From Candidatus Poribacteria bacterium (lineage in GTDB: Bacteria; Poribacteria; WGA-4E; WGA-3G): a stretch of 64,000 bases of DNA. Position 1 is the first letter of the stretch. The number at the start of each line of letters is the position of its first letter. The notes below the pieces were generated by a model. The model searched no databases, was not told where the DNA came from, and was given only the letters and a program-made list of their open reading frames with translations. Shown here one piece after another: positions 29,983 through 41,232 of this stretch. The stretch lies in the NCBI GenBank assembly GCA_965205015.1, contig OZ242029.1, forward strand, positions 768,001 through 832,000. The letters run 5' to 3'. Both the position numbers and the translations under genes were made by a program.

Positions 29983-30201
29983 ATGAAGAAAGAACAAATT
30001 GTCTCCCAAGATCCACGCGTGATGCACGGCACCTTAGTTTTTGCTGGTACCCGTGTGCCAGTTGAAAGCCTGATTCAACATCTTGTCGCAGGCGACTCGC
30101 TTGATATATTCCTTGACGATTTCCCGACAGTCTCACGTGAGCAGGCAGTGGCATATTTGCAGATGACTCTGGAGTTTGCTAATGCGCGTGTTGCTTGTTG
30201 A
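29983..30201 (+). CDS. DUF433 domain antitoxin
   Basis: DPRVMHGTLVFAGTRVPV...FLDDFPTVSREQ pattern. Confidence 0.9.
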   Translation: MKKEQIVSQDPRVMHGTLVFAGTRVPVESLIQHLVAGDSLDIFLDDFPTVSREQAVAYLQMTLEFANARVAC

Positions 30202-30244
30202 AAAAATACTTCAAAATTTAGCACATATTGAAGAACTACCATGA
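30182..30244 (+). pseudogene. Probable remnant of a DUF5615 PIN-like toxin
   Basis: Overlapping 20-codon ORF MRVLLVEKILQNLAHIEELP; MRVLL(D)E is the usual start of the DUF433 partner toxin. Confidence 0.5.
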
Positions 30245-30307
30245 AACTTGAACAATCCGTGTCTTTGGAAACTGTTACTTACTAATAACCTTAATTCTAA
30301 TTCAGAC

Positions 30308-30338
30308 AAAGAAAAAGGCGCGCTTCCGAAGCGCGCCT
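30308..30338 (-). terminator. Intrinsic terminator of the atp operon
   Basis: AGGCGCGCTTC-GAAGCGCGCCT hairpin followed by a T-tract on the minus strand. Confidence 0.8.
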
Positions 30339-30362
30339 ATCAGAAAATTAAAAGAGGTGCGA

Positions 30363-30773
30363 TTACAAATTACTTGCGACTTTGATCCGGTTTTGTGCGC
30401 GGGCGAGTGCCGCTTCCGCACGCGGGCGGTTCAGGTCAGAGGCATTTGTCGTGAGTTGCGTTTGGGCGCGTTCGAGCGCGCTTTCAGCACGCGCTACATC
30501 GATCTCCGATGCCCATTCCGCTGTCTCAACTAAGACGGTGACACCAGTGCGGAGCACCTCGAAGACACCGCCGCTCGTCGCCATTAATTGCGGTGTGTCC
30601 GATGATTCACGAATACGTATCTCACCAACCTCTAACGCCGTAAGGAATGGAATGTGTCCGGCGAGAATCTGAAAATTGCCCTCAACGCCTGGGGCACTCA
30701 CGCTCGTTACATCCCCTTCATAAACCGACTGTTCCGGTGTCCGAATTTCAAGATGAAAACTTCTATTTAACAT
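30363..30773 (-). CDS. atpC: ATP synthase F1 epsilon subunit
   Basis: EIRTPE...PGVEG.FQILAGHIP...SGG..EV pattern; operon position. Confidence 0.95.
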   Translation of the reverse strand: MLNRSFHLEIRTPEQSVYEGDVTSVSAPGVEGNFQILAGHIPFLTALEVGEIRIRESSDTPQLMATSGGVFEVLRTGVTVLVETAEWASEIDVARAESALERAQTQLTTNASDLNRPRAEAALARAQNRIKVASNL

Positions 30774-30823
30774 GTCTACTCTGTTTTATCGTAGATTTTA
30801 GAATTACTTAGGCACTCCGCATC

Positions 30824-30845
30824 GGCGAGGTTAGGAAACCTCGCC
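30824..30845. repeat. REP-like palindrome
   Basis: GGCGAGGTT-AGGA-AACCTCGCC; related to the hairpin inside the MITE at about 26027-26046. Confidence 0.65.
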
Positions 30846-30878
30846 TACCGAGAGCGGGAAACCCTTAACCAATAACTA

Positions 30879-32303
<1,425 letters not shown>

Positions 32304-32407
32304 TCAGAATCGTTGACTTTTCGTTACACCCAAATTTCTGGCATTTCTGTTTTGCACGGCACTTTCAAATCATAGTTTTCTTGAACACTGCGCACTCCTA
32401 TGCAGCG

Positions 32408-32881
32408 TCATAGATTCGGACACACCTTTTGGAAGCGGGCGAGTGCCTGTGCTCGATTCACTAATGCGTATTGCCGATTTCGAGTTGGCATCAGGAGATT
32501 CACGCGTTGGACTTTCCGATTCAGGTTTTCGAGTTTTTCACTATATTGCGCCAGAGCGCGAGCCCGTTCCTGTTCAAAAGTCCGACTGATGGCTCCACGC
32601 CGATGCGGATACTGTTGGACGATAGCCGCCAACCGCTCTCGACGGGCTTTCAGGTTTATGAGGACTCTTTCAAGTTGTGCTTTTTCTTGCTTGATTTCTT
32701 TTTCTAATTCAACCCACCGTGGCGCGAATCCGTTCTCCTTCAGGAGTCGGTTTACCATTCGTGCCTGGGGAGTGAGATAAGGATTTGTGTCTAATTTGAG
32801 CGGTTTACCTCTGCCGGGCAAATTTGCGAATTCGCCACGGTCCATCGCTTCCTTGATCTGTTTGTTGACATCGATCGGCAT
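32408..32881 (-). CDS. DUF1992 domain protein (DnaJC28-related conserved domain)
   Basis: IKEAMDRGEFANLPGRGKPL...RLLKENGFAPRWVEL pattern; GAGGAGG SD. Confidence 0.85.
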   Translation of the reverse strand: MPIDVNKQIKEAMDRGEFANLPGRGKPLKLDTNPYLTPQARMVNRLLKENGFAPRWVELEKEIKQEKAQLERVLINLKARRERLAAIVQQYPHRRGAISRTFEQERARALAQYSEKLENLNRKVQRVNLLMPTRNRQYALVNRAQALARFQKVCPNL

Positions 32882-32991
32882 CTGAAACCTCCTCGCGGTT
32901 ACGGCACGACGGCGCGTGCCTACTCTCCTACAGGGCAGAACGGAATCTGCTCGCTTTTTTGCTACGGCAGAGCGGAGTCTGCCTGCTACTT

Positions 32992-33870
32992 CTAACCCTC
33001 GAGTGCGGCTGCCCCACTGACAATCTCGGAAATTTCTGTCGTGATCTGTGTTTGACGTGCCCTGTTGCGTTGGAGAATCAGTTCATCGATCAATTCTTTC
33101 GCCTTTTGTGTGGCATTCTCCATCGCTGCCATTCGCGCGGCTTGTTCCGCTGCGTTGGAATCCAGAAGCACTTTCCACATTTGCATATTCAGGTGTTTGC
33201 CGAGTAGCATTTCAAAGAGCTCCACTTGTCCCGGTTCATAGATATAATCCAGAAAGAGCTCATCACCCTCTGGTATTTCAGGTTCTAACGGAAGAAGCTG
33301 CTCAACAAGGACAGTCTGGAGAATAGCAGACCTGAAGTTATTGTAGATAACCTCGACTTTATCGATTTTTTTATCCGTATAAAGATGTTCAAATTCGTGA
33401 ACAACGTCAACAGCGGTTTGGAATTCAAGCTGACGGAAAATGTTGATGTAGGCATCGGTGATGTTGTAACCACGCCGGGTAAAATGCTCTTGCGATCGTC
33501 TGCCGATACAGATAAGCGTCACATCTGCACCACTCTCTTGATAATGCCCTATGCGTTGTGTCGTTGTCCGAATAACGTTACTATTGAAACTTCCACACAA
33601 CCCTCGATCTGCGGAGACAGAAATAATGCAGACATGCTTTATCTCACGCGTTTCAAGCAGCGGATGTGTCAGTGTCTGATTCTCAGTATCCATCTGCGAG
33701 ATTAGGTGTCCTAAGATCGTGTCGAGTTTATCGGCGTAAGGACGCGTCGCATTAATATTCTCTTGGGCACGGCGGAGCCGTGCAGCAGCCACGACACGCA
33801 TTGCATCGGTGACCTGCTCAATGTTTTGAATGCTGGCGATACGCCTTCGAATTTCTCGTAAAGTTGCCAT
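32992..33870 (-). CDS. atpG: ATP synthase F1 gamma subunit
   Basis: DRGLCGSFN, ARMAAMENAT and RQTQITTEISEI motifs. Confidence 0.98.
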   Translation of the reverse strand: MATLREIRRRIASIQNIEQVTDAMRVVAAARLRRAQENINATRPYADKLDTILGHLISQMDTENQTLTHPLLETREIKHVCIISVSADRGLCGSFNSNVIRTTTQRIGHYQESGADVTLICIGRRSQEHFTRRGYNITDAYINIFRQLEFQTAVDVVHEFEHLYTDKKIDKVEVIYNNFRSAILQTVLVEQLLPLEPEIPEGDELFLDYIYEPGQVELFEMLLGKHLNMQMWKVLLDSNAAEQAARMAAMENATQKAKELIDELILQRNRARQTQITTEISEIVSGAAALEG

Positions 33871-33970
33871 ATTTTTTTAATTATGGGAGTCCCGGTATAA
33901 TCCCAAAGCGCGCAGCTCGTAATGAAATGGAGAGTGGATATATAGAAATCAACGCGATGCATCCAACCCA

Positions 33971-34000
33971 CCTCACCGAACCGCAAGGTAAAATTAAAAA
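33971..34000 (-). repeat. End of a dispersed repeat TTTTTAATTTTACCTTGCGGTTCGGT (also at about 12905-12926 and 35509-35538)
   Basis: Three near-identical copies seen; this copy overlaps the atpA stop codon. Confidence 0.7.
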
Positions 34001-35508
34001 TTTTCCTTGAACGTTTTCACAGCAGTGTGTAAGGTCTCAAGGAGTTCATCACCCAGCAACCCCGTTTCTGCGACTTCCGCGAGAAGTTCTGCGTGATTCC
34101 GGTCAAGGTATTGTAAAAATTCGGATTCAAACCTTGCCACTTCTGTCTCTTCGACATCGTCCAGATAACCGTTGGTGCCACAGAAGATAGAAGCGACTTC
34201 GCGTGCTACAGACATCGGTTCATATTGCGGTTGTTTCAGCAATTCAACGAGTCGTGTGCCGCGGAGCAGCAAGGATTGCGTTAATGCGTCCAAATCCGAT
34301 CCAAATTGCGCAAAGGCGGCAACCTCCCGGAAACTGGCGAGATCCAATTTCAGGGTACCCGCAACCTCGTCTGATTTCATGGCTCTCACCTGCGCATCCC
34401 CACCGACTCGCGAAACAGATAGACCGACATCAATCGCGGGTCTCACGCCTTGGTTAAACAGATCCGTTGTGAGATATATCTGCCCATCGGTGATGGAAAT
34501 AACGTTTGTGGGGATATAGGTCGTCAAATCGCCTTCAAAGATCTCAATAATCGGTAGAGCAGTAAGAGAACCCCCGCCCAATTCATCGCTTAATTTTGCA
34601 GCGCGTTCTAAGAGGCGTGAGTGTAAGTAGAAGACATCCCCCGGATAGGCTTCCCTACCGGGCGGTCTCCGCGAGAGCAATGACATCTGCCGGTACGCCC
34701 ACGCGTGTTTCGTCAAGTCGTCGTAGATAATGAGGGCGTGTTTGCCGTTGTCTCTGAAGTATTCACCCATTGCAGTACCAGAATAGGGGGCAAGGTACTG
34801 AAGCGGGGACGGTGCACTGGCAGGCGCGGAGACGATCGTCGTATACTCCAGGGCGTTATGCTCACGAAGCGTCGCTGCAACTTGTGCCAAAGTTGAACCT
34901 TTTTGACCGATAGCGACATAGATACAGTAGACATCCGTATCTTTCTGACTCAAGATAGTATCCAAGGCAATAGCCGTCTTGCCGGTTCGACGGTCCCCGA
35001 TAATCAGTTCACGTTGCCCTCTGCCGATCGGAGTCAAGCTGTCAATCGCTTTTAAGCCTGTATAAAGGGGTTCGCTCACGGGTTGCCGTTGAACAATGCC
35101 GAGTCCCTTCTGTTCGACAGGAAGTCGATGTTCTGTTTCAATGTCACCCAAGCCATCAATCGGTTGACCGAGCGCATCGACGATCCGTCCGAGAAGTGCC
35201 TCGCCGACAGGGACTTCGGGAAGTCGTCCTGTGCGTTTGGCGGTATCCCCTTCGTGTATGAGCTGATCTTCGCCGAACAGGACACAACCGACGTTGTCTT
35301 CTTCGAGGTTGAAAGCGATACCGTAGACATCGTTAGGAAACTCGATCATTTCACTCGCCATAGCGTTCGCAAGCCCATGCACCCGCGCGATGCCATCGCC
35401 TACCTCCAGCACCGTGCCGGAGTCATAGACATCCACGTCCTGTTCAAACTGTTGCAGTTGTTGTTTAAGGATATTTGATATTTCGTCCGGTCGGACTTCT
35501 CTTGCCAT
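33994..35508 (-). CDS. atpA: ATP synthase F1 alpha subunit
   Basis: [18 protein letters not shown] and [21 protein letters not shown] motifs. Confidence 0.98.
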   Translation of the reverse strand: MAREVRPDEISNILKQQLQQFEQDVDVYDSGTVLEVGDGIARVHGLANAMASEMIEFPNDVYGIAFNLEEDNVGCVLFGEDQLIHEGDTAKRTGRLPEVPVGEALLGRIVDALGQPIDGLGDIETEHRLPVEQKGLGIVQRQPVSEPLYTGLKAIDSLTPIGRGQRELIIGDRRTGKTAIALDTILSQKDTDVYCIYVAIGQKGSTLAQVAATLREHNALEYTTIVSAPASAPSPLQYLAPYSGTAMGEYFRDNGKHALIIYDDLTKHAWAYRQMSLLSRRPPGREAYPGDVFYLHSRLLERAAKLSDELGGGSLTALPIIEIFEGDLTTYIPTNVISITDGQIYLTTDLFNQGVRPAIDVGLSVSRVGGDAQVRAMKSDEVAGTLKLDLASFREVAAFAQFGSDLDALTQSLLLRGTRLVELLKQPQYEPMSVAREVASIFCGTNGYLDDVEETEVARFESEFLQYLDRNHAELLAEVAETGLLGDELLETLHTAVKTFKENF

Positions 35509-35730
35509 TTTTTAATTATTCCTTGCGGTTCGGTCAGGTGAATTAGAGGTTCAATCTCATCTCCGTATATCCGCTTGCGTGTTTTTGCTTGGGTATTTCT
35601 GCGGATTGTTGCAGGCTACAATTGTGATTCATGTTTCCAAGATACAAGAAACTCAAAATACCCAAACCCAGCCGAGACTTCATCGGAAACCACGGCGTAA
35701 CATAGTGGAGCGGTACCCAGGACCTATAGT

Positions 35731-36273
35731 TTAAGATCCTCTTGCGAGTTGCTGCTTCAGGCGTTGGAGTTGTGTTGTAACGCTTGCATCAAAAACGGTG
35801 TCTTCTAACTGCACGATGAATCCACCCTGAATGTGTGGATCCGTTACGGTTTCCAATCGCACCTGTTTTCCTGAATACGTGCTTAACTGCTGTGCGAGCC
35901 GCTCCTCTTGTTCCACTGTTATGGGTACAGCCGTCGTCACTTTTGCGATAAGCCTACCGGCAGCCTCGTCAACGATTGCTGAAAAAGCATCCATTATTGC
36001 GATAAGATAGCGTTCACGCTGCTTCAACGCGAGGAGTTTGAAAAAATTAACCGTCAGCGGTTGCATCGTATCGGTGAAAAGCTGCTGAAACGTCTCGCTT
36101 TTAAATTGCGGAGACAGAATAGGACTGTGGATTAACTGTGTGAATTCCTCAGACTGTTCAATCAACTCTCGCAGGCTATCTACATCTGCAATAACAGGTG
36201 CCAAGGCGTTCTGTTCCACGGCTGCATCGTATAGGGCGCGTGCATAAGGTTTTGCAACCCGAATGTCTCTCAT
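35731..36273 (-). CDS. atpH: ATP synthase F1 delta subunit
   Basis: VAKPYARAL...DPHIQGGFIV...DASV pattern. Confidence 0.95.
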   Translation of the reverse strand: MRDIRVAKPYARALYDAAVEQNALAPVIADVDSLRELIEQSEEFTQLIHSPILSPQFKSETFQQLFTDTMQPLTVNFFKLLALKQRERYLIAIMDAFSAIVDEAAGRLIAKVTTAVPITVEQEERLAQQLSTYSGKQVRLETVTDPHIQGGFIVQLEDTVFDASVTTQLQRLKQQLARGS

Positions 36274-36371
36274 AGTTCGTTTTCACCTCAATAGTTTTCA
36301 GTCGTTAGCCATCAATTAAGACGTTCTTGCTTATAAGCAACTTCTTGTAACTGACGACTGATAACCGATAC

Positions 36372-36977
36372 CTATTCCGTTGGCAACCTGCTAATAGATG
36401 CATCAATGATATGCTGATGTCTCTCGGCGTTGAGTTCTTCGCTTATGATTTTGCTGGCGGCATCAATGGCAAGTTCAGCGACGACCCCTCGTAGTTCCGA
36501 GATCGCTTCGTCTTTTTCACGTTGAATCTCTGCTCTGGCTCTTGTCACTTCATCATCCGCCTCTTGCCGTGCCTGCGCGAGAATTTGCTGACGCTCAGCA
36601 TTTCCTTGGTCAATCGCTGCTTGAATTCTGGCTTGTGCTTCGGTCTCAATATCGGCTAAACGTTGACGTGTCTCTGCAGTGAGCCGATCTAACTCGTCCC
36701 GATCCGTTCGCAGTTGTTCCAACTGCGTGCTAATCTCATTTCTGCGATCCTCTAAAAGTCCGCCGACCCTGCCGAAAACAAACTTCCAAAGTACCGCAAG
36801 CACAATCAAAAAACCGATGACTTGGATGGTGATCGTTTTTGGGTCAATCCCGAGCAGACTCAACAGTCCGCCGTCGCCAGCAGGCGCCTCCGCAGCGAAC
36901 ACATTCTTGACGCAGATGCCCATTAAAATTGCGGTATATAGGACGTAATGTGTAGTCCTGTACTTGGTATTTTGCAT
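36372..36977 (-). CDS. atpF: ATP synthase F0 subunit b (start uncertain)
   Basis: TM helix IQVIGFLIVLAVLWKFVF, then LEDRR and a coiled coil; operon position. Confidence 0.9.
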   Translation of the reverse strand: MQNTKYRTTHYVLYTAILMGICVKNVFAAEAPAGDGGLLSLLGIDPKTITIQVIGFLIVLAVLWKFVFGRVGGLLEDRRNEISTQLEQLRTDRDELDRLTAETRQRLADIETEAQARIQAAIDQGNAERQQILAQARQEADDEVTRARAEIQREKDEAISELRGVVAELAIDAASKIISEELNAERHQHIIDASISRLPTE

Positions 36978-37092
36978 CAGTGTGCTGTACTCTATTTTTG
37001 GAACTGAAGACGTATGCCCTCGCAAATTTTTTGTCAGGACGTTTCCGGTTCCGCTTGCAAGTCGTGCTGTACGTCCTCAGTCAGGAGTTATT

Positions 37093-37398
37093 TTAATTTC
37101 CGCTTCCGACATCTGTCGCAACTCGTTTCGCGTCTGCATCAATCATCTCTCTCAGCATTTCACCTTCAGGGAGTTTTGCTTGCAAGATAAAGAACATTAA
37201 GAGCGCATAGATAACGAGCGACTCGATGAGTGCCAAACCGATAATCATTGCCGTTTGGATACGCGGCGCGGCATCCGGTTGACGTGCAATACCTTCAAGA
37301 GCGGTACTTGTCGCACTGCCTTGTGCTCTTGAGGCGAAGATGACGGCGATTGGCAAGCCTAACGTTACGCCAAACGCCAACACAGCTAAATAAATCAT
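37093..37398 (-). CDS. atpE: ATP synthase F0 subunit c
   Basis: IARQP loop; LIESLVIY ion-binding helix. Confidence 0.95.
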   Translation of the reverse strand: MIYLAVLAFGVTLGLPIAVIFASRAQGSATSTALEGIARQPDAAPRIQTAMIIGLALIESLVIYALLMFFILQAKLPEGEMLREMIDADAKRVATDVGSGN

Positions 37399-37426
37399 GA
37401 AATGTCCTCCTTGGACGGGTAAGGGC

Positions 37427-37457
37427 TTGTAGGGGCGGGGTTACCCCGCCCCTACAA
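37427..37457. repeat. REP-like perfect palindrome between atpB and atpE
   Basis: TTGTAGGGGCGGGG-TTA-CCCCGCCCCTACAA. Confidence 0.75.
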
Positions 37458-37468
37458 ATCCCAGAGAA

Positions 37469-38299
37469 TTAATGATGCGCTTCATGCGCTTCGTCGTGGT
37501 GTTCTATGAACAGCACAATATAGATAGATGTTAAGATGGTAAAAACGAATGCCTGCAGGAAGCCAGCAAACAGTCCGAAGAACAGCATAGGCACTTGCAC
37601 CGGAATAATCGGTATGGCATCTGCAATCAGCACGATAAGTCCGAGTTTCGTCAGTTCAATCACGACCGATTTTTCGCCAAAAATGTTTCCGAAAAGACGG
37701 ACAGCGAGAGAACCCGCACGCGATAACTGCGCAATAACTTCGAGTGGGAACATTAAGACCCCCAACCACGGAGGGTCACCGGCTAAATGTTTCAGATAGC
37801 CCCCTATCCCGTTCTCTTTAATCGCGATAATTTGAACGCCTAACACAGCCGTTATGCCGAGTGCAAGCGTTGTATTCAAATCTGCTGTTGGGGGTTGAAG
37901 ACCCGGAATAACGCCAAGATAATTCAGGAAGAGAATGAAGATGAAAAAAGAGCCAACGAATGGAATATACTTTTTGCCGTGTTCGCCTAAAATACCGCCG
38001 AAGAAATCAATGATACCCTCTACAAACATCTCTAACAGGGTTTGTCCTTTCCCTTCAGGTATCCGTTTCAACTTCCGGGTGACGAAAATAAAAAACAACA
38101 CTAAAACGAGAACAGCGAAGTATGTGTTAGGAATTAGATCGGGCTGATGCCACCGAGTCGGTTCAGGGATAATTTCATCTGGTAAAATTTTTGAAATCGG
38201 ATAGAGCAGACTCCGGTGACCGTTCTCGGCTGCGAAACTCCCGGCGCCTGCTGCCAAACTGAGTCCGACAACCCAGCAGATAAATGATATTTTTTTCAT
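37469..38299 (-). CDS. atpB: ATP synthase F0 subunit a
   Basis: PTADLNTT, SLAVRLFGNI and LQAFVFTILT motifs. Confidence 0.97.
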   Translation of the reverse strand: MKKISFICWVVGLSLAAGAGSFAAENGHRSLLYPISKILPDEIIPEPTRWHQPDLIPNTYFAVLVLVLFFIFVTRKLKRIPEGKGQTLLEMFVEGIIDFFGGILGEHGKKYIPFVGSFFIFILFLNYLGVIPGLQPPTADLNTTLALGITAVLGVQIIAIKENGIGGYLKHLAGDPPWLGVLMFPLEVIAQLSRAGSLAVRLFGNIFGEKSVVIELTKLGLIVLIADAIPIIPVQVPMLFFGLFAGFLQAFVFTILTSIYIVLFIEHHDEAHEAHH

Positions 38300-38374
38300 A
38301 TTTGTTGTTATATCTTTTAAGAGCGCGGCGCGTTTCGGACACGTCCCGCTTGAAATCTACCTGTAAATTTTGCC

Positions 38375-38782
38375 TCAAGACTGATTCGGATCCTTATTTG
38401 ACAGGATCGTCACCATCAAACCGATCGCTTTGATAATGATGGCTCCCTGTACTAAAGCAATTCCTCCAGCGAACGCGTATATATTCATCCATTCCATTTT
38501 AAACAGAAGATAGAGGATTCCACCCAGTACCGTGTATTTACCGAGTGCGATGAAACCCAGCACGTATTTCGTGCGCTTCGTGCTCCCGGGTCGCACGAGT
38601 CGCCGAACCACGAATTCAATGGACCAGAAGAGACTCAGGCTGATAGCACTGCCGATCAGAAAACTGGGGAGCGCGGGGCGTTTGAATCCTAACAACACTG
38701 CCGAAATGACGACGGTGAGACAGATCGTCAAGATATAGACGTGGCGGATAAATCGGTCGCCAATTTCCAAAACCGGACCCAT
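38375..38782 (-). CDS. atpI: ATP synthase subunit I-like membrane protein
   Basis: Four hydrophobic segments; position upstream of atpB. Confidence 0.75.
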   Translation of the reverse strand: MGPVLEIGDRFIRHVYILTICLTVVISAVLLGFKRPALPSFLIGSAISLSLFWSIEFVVRRLVRPGSTKRTKYVLGFIALGKYTVLGGILYLLFKMEWMNIYAFAGGIALVQGAIIIKAIGLMVTILSNKDPNQS

Positions 38783-38856
38783 CCAGGTGACTCCTTTGTC
38801 ATAATAACGGCGAAGGATAATCGCCGAAATTTCCGGACCTCGATTGCTTTCAGATT

Positions 38857-39156
38857 TTATCCTTCTTCAGCGTCCTGTGTTTGTTCTGAAGTGGCACGAC
38901 GCTGTTTTTCCAGACGTTCGAGTTGGCGGTTCCAACGTGCTACCGAGCGAAACATCTCCATGAAGCCAGCGGCAACTCCCATTCCGAAACCGATATAGGA
39001 TCCAACTGCTGCGTTGCCTAATTTTCCACCGAGCCACTTGCCCCCGAAATACCCGATACAAATCGCGAGTGCAAGCGTTATCCCGATTGAAGCGAGGTCG
39101 AACATCCCGATGTTGTCATTTTTCAGATGTTTCAGACGTTTCTTAAATATTAACAT
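38857..39156 (-). CDS. AtpZ/AtpI family membrane protein
   Basis: IGITLALAICIGYFGGKWLG...GFGMGVAAGF pattern; first gene of the operon. Confidence 0.8.
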   Translation of the reverse strand: MLIFKKRLKHLKNDNIGMFDLASIGITLALAICIGYFGGKWLGGKLGNAAVGSYIGFGMGVAAGFMEMFRSVARWNRQLERLEKQRRATSEQTQDAEEG

Positions 39157-39221
39157 CGCTGCACCTTCAAACAACGGAACACGTTTATCAGATGGTAACC
39201 TCTTATCAAGCAACGGTATAT

Positions 39222-39250
39222 ATTATAACACGCAGATGTTGGGAATGCAA
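39222..39250 (-). promoter_or_regulatory. Sigma70 promoter of the atp operon
   Basis: Minus strand TTGCAT-N17-TATAAT with extended TG. Confidence 0.7.
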
Positions 39251-39417
39251 AAAAAAATAGAATAGCTTTAGAAGGGGGGTATTGTGTTTAGGGGTTAATA
39301 TAGTCATTGTTTATCTGAACCCAGGATGACGGTTCCTTCCCGCCTTAAAAGGTGAGATTTCCACGGCAAAGAACTTAATGATGAACTGTGTAAACTATAG
39401 TATAACTCTCTATGATT

Positions 39418-41232
39418 TCACCGGTACTTTTCCGACTGCATTCGGTAGAGTGTCGCATACCTACCCCCTTTGTTCATCAACTGCTCGTGGGTGCCTTCCT
39501 CAAGAATTTTCCCTGCGTCAATGACGAGAATCCTATCAGCCATGCGAACCGTCGAGAAGCGATGCGAGATTAATAACGTTGTCACATTCTGCGTGAGCAT
39601 TTTGAAGCGTTGAAAGAGGGCGTATTCGGATTCCGCATCGAGTGCGGCCGTCGGCTCATCGAGGATTAAGATTGCTGCGTTTCTCATAAAGGCACGCGAG
39701 ATGGCGATTTTCTGCCACTCTCCGCCGGATAAATCGGTGCCGCCGTCAAAATGCCGTCCAAGCAAGGTCTGGTACCCCTCAGAAAGTTGTGAAACGACGG
39801 TATCTGCTTGACCCTGTTCCGCTGCCTGAATCACCGCGGACTCGTTGTTGACCTGCTCCACATTCCCAACACCGATATTTTCCCCAGCGGTGAGGAAAAA
39901 GTGTGAAAAATCCTGAAAGACGGGGGCAATTTTCTGGCGTAAACTGTCAAGGCGATACTGATGTAAAGGGATGCCATCAACGAATATTTGTCCTGCTGTT
40001 GGGTCATAAAAACGGCAGAGAAGTTTTACAAGCGTCGTTTTGCCGGCACCGTTTTCGCCAACGATGGCGAGCGTCTCTCCAGCTTTTATTGAGAAGGAAA
40101 CATCACTGAATACGGTGTTCTCACATCCCGGATACCGAAAAGAGACGTTCCGGAACTCAACGTCTCGATTAATGTGAGAAAACGTCTGGGGTGCCTCGGC
40201 GGTTTTCAGGGTAGGTGTCAGCTCGAAGAAGGACGATAACGTATGAAATTCTATTGTGGAACCGGTTAGATTCCCAACTTTCAGAGTTAAGTCCCAGAAC
40301 GCCGCTTGCAAACCATTCACAATCGAAAAATACATCGCTACCTCACCGACGGTAATCCTTCCTTGAAACGCGACCAGCACAACGTAGATGTAGAGAAGTG
40401 TGAGTCCGATGCCGTGTAAAAGTGTGAAAAGCAAGGTAATTTTGGTGTGTGAGATTCTCACAGACAGGAATCGTTTGAAAAGCGTGTCAAAAAGTTCACG
40501 ATACCGGTTGGTAAAGTAGGCACCCAGGTTAAAGAGTTTTATCTCTTTTACGGACTCAATATTAAAAAGGAGTCCATGGAAGTATCCCAATTGACGGGAT
40601 TCTGGCAGCTGCTCCCAACGGGTGTCAAAGGCGTATTGGTGATGGCGATACTCTGCGAAGAGGTGGGGTAAAGCAACAAGAACCATCGCAATTGGGATGA
40701 AGGGGCTGATGGTTATCGTCAAACTTAAGAGGGAGAAGAGCGTAATGCCGTTGCTAATCGTGGATGACAGCACCCAGAGCATACCTTCAAGGAGCGTTGA
40801 GTTTTCTCTGAGGAAGCGGAGTTGATCGTAAAATTTACTTTCATCAAAGTATGCTAGTCCGGTGAGTTGCGATGCCTTTTTCATGACCTGCTCATCTATA
40901 TCGGCAATGAGCAGGTCTGAAAGCGTAGAGCGGACAACCTCTGCTGCTGGATTCATAACGAAGGGGAGGATGTTACAGAGGATACAACCGATACCCAGAA
41001 GGATCGTTGTCATCTCCAATGGGGTTCCGGTCTTTACGATCGCTACGACATCGTTGACGAGGTGATTGAGCAGCAACGCGGCAGTCGCCGGAAGGCTGCT
41101 GGAAATAATAAGAAATAGCAAAAGTAAAGAGGTGCGTTTAGCGGAAGTCTGCCAAGCGAAGGCAAGGACCTTCAGACTCATTTTCACAGTATCAACGACG
41201 AGTGTTTTCCAAGAAAGTAGTTTTTTAAACAT
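39418..41232 (-). CDS. ABC exporter, fused TMD-NBD
   Basis: GENGAGKTT, LSGGEWQK and ILDEPT motifs; start MFKKLL overlaps the upstream stop. Confidence 0.92.
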   Translation of the reverse strand: MFKKLLSWKTLVVDTVKMSLKVLAFAWQTSAKRTSLLLLFLIISSSLPATAALLLNHLVNDVVAIVKTGTPLEMTTILLGIGCILCNILPFVMNPAAEVVRSTLSDLLIADIDEQVMKKASQLTGLAYFDESKFYDQLRFLRENSTLLEGMLWVLSSTISNGITLFSLLSLTITISPFIPIAMVLVALPHLFAEYRHHQYAFDTRWEQLPESRQLGYFHGLLFNIESVKEIKLFNLGAYFTNRYRELFDTLFKRFLSVRISHTKITLLFTLLHGIGLTLLYIYVVLVAFQGRITVGEVAMYFSIVNGLQAAFWDLTLKVGNLTGSTIEFHTLSSFFELTPTLKTAEAPQTFSHINRDVEFRNVSFRYPGCENTVFSDVSFSIKAGETLAIVGENGAGKTTLVKLLCRFYDPTAGQIFVDGIPLHQYRLDSLRQKIAPVFQDFSHFFLTAGENIGVGNVEQVNNESAVIQAAEQGQADTVVSQLSEGYQTLLGRHFDGGTDLSGGEWQKIAISRAFMRNAAILILDEPTAALDAESEYALFQRFKMLTQNVTTLLISHRFSTVRMADRILVIDAGKILEEGTHEQLMNKGGRYATLYRMQSEKYR

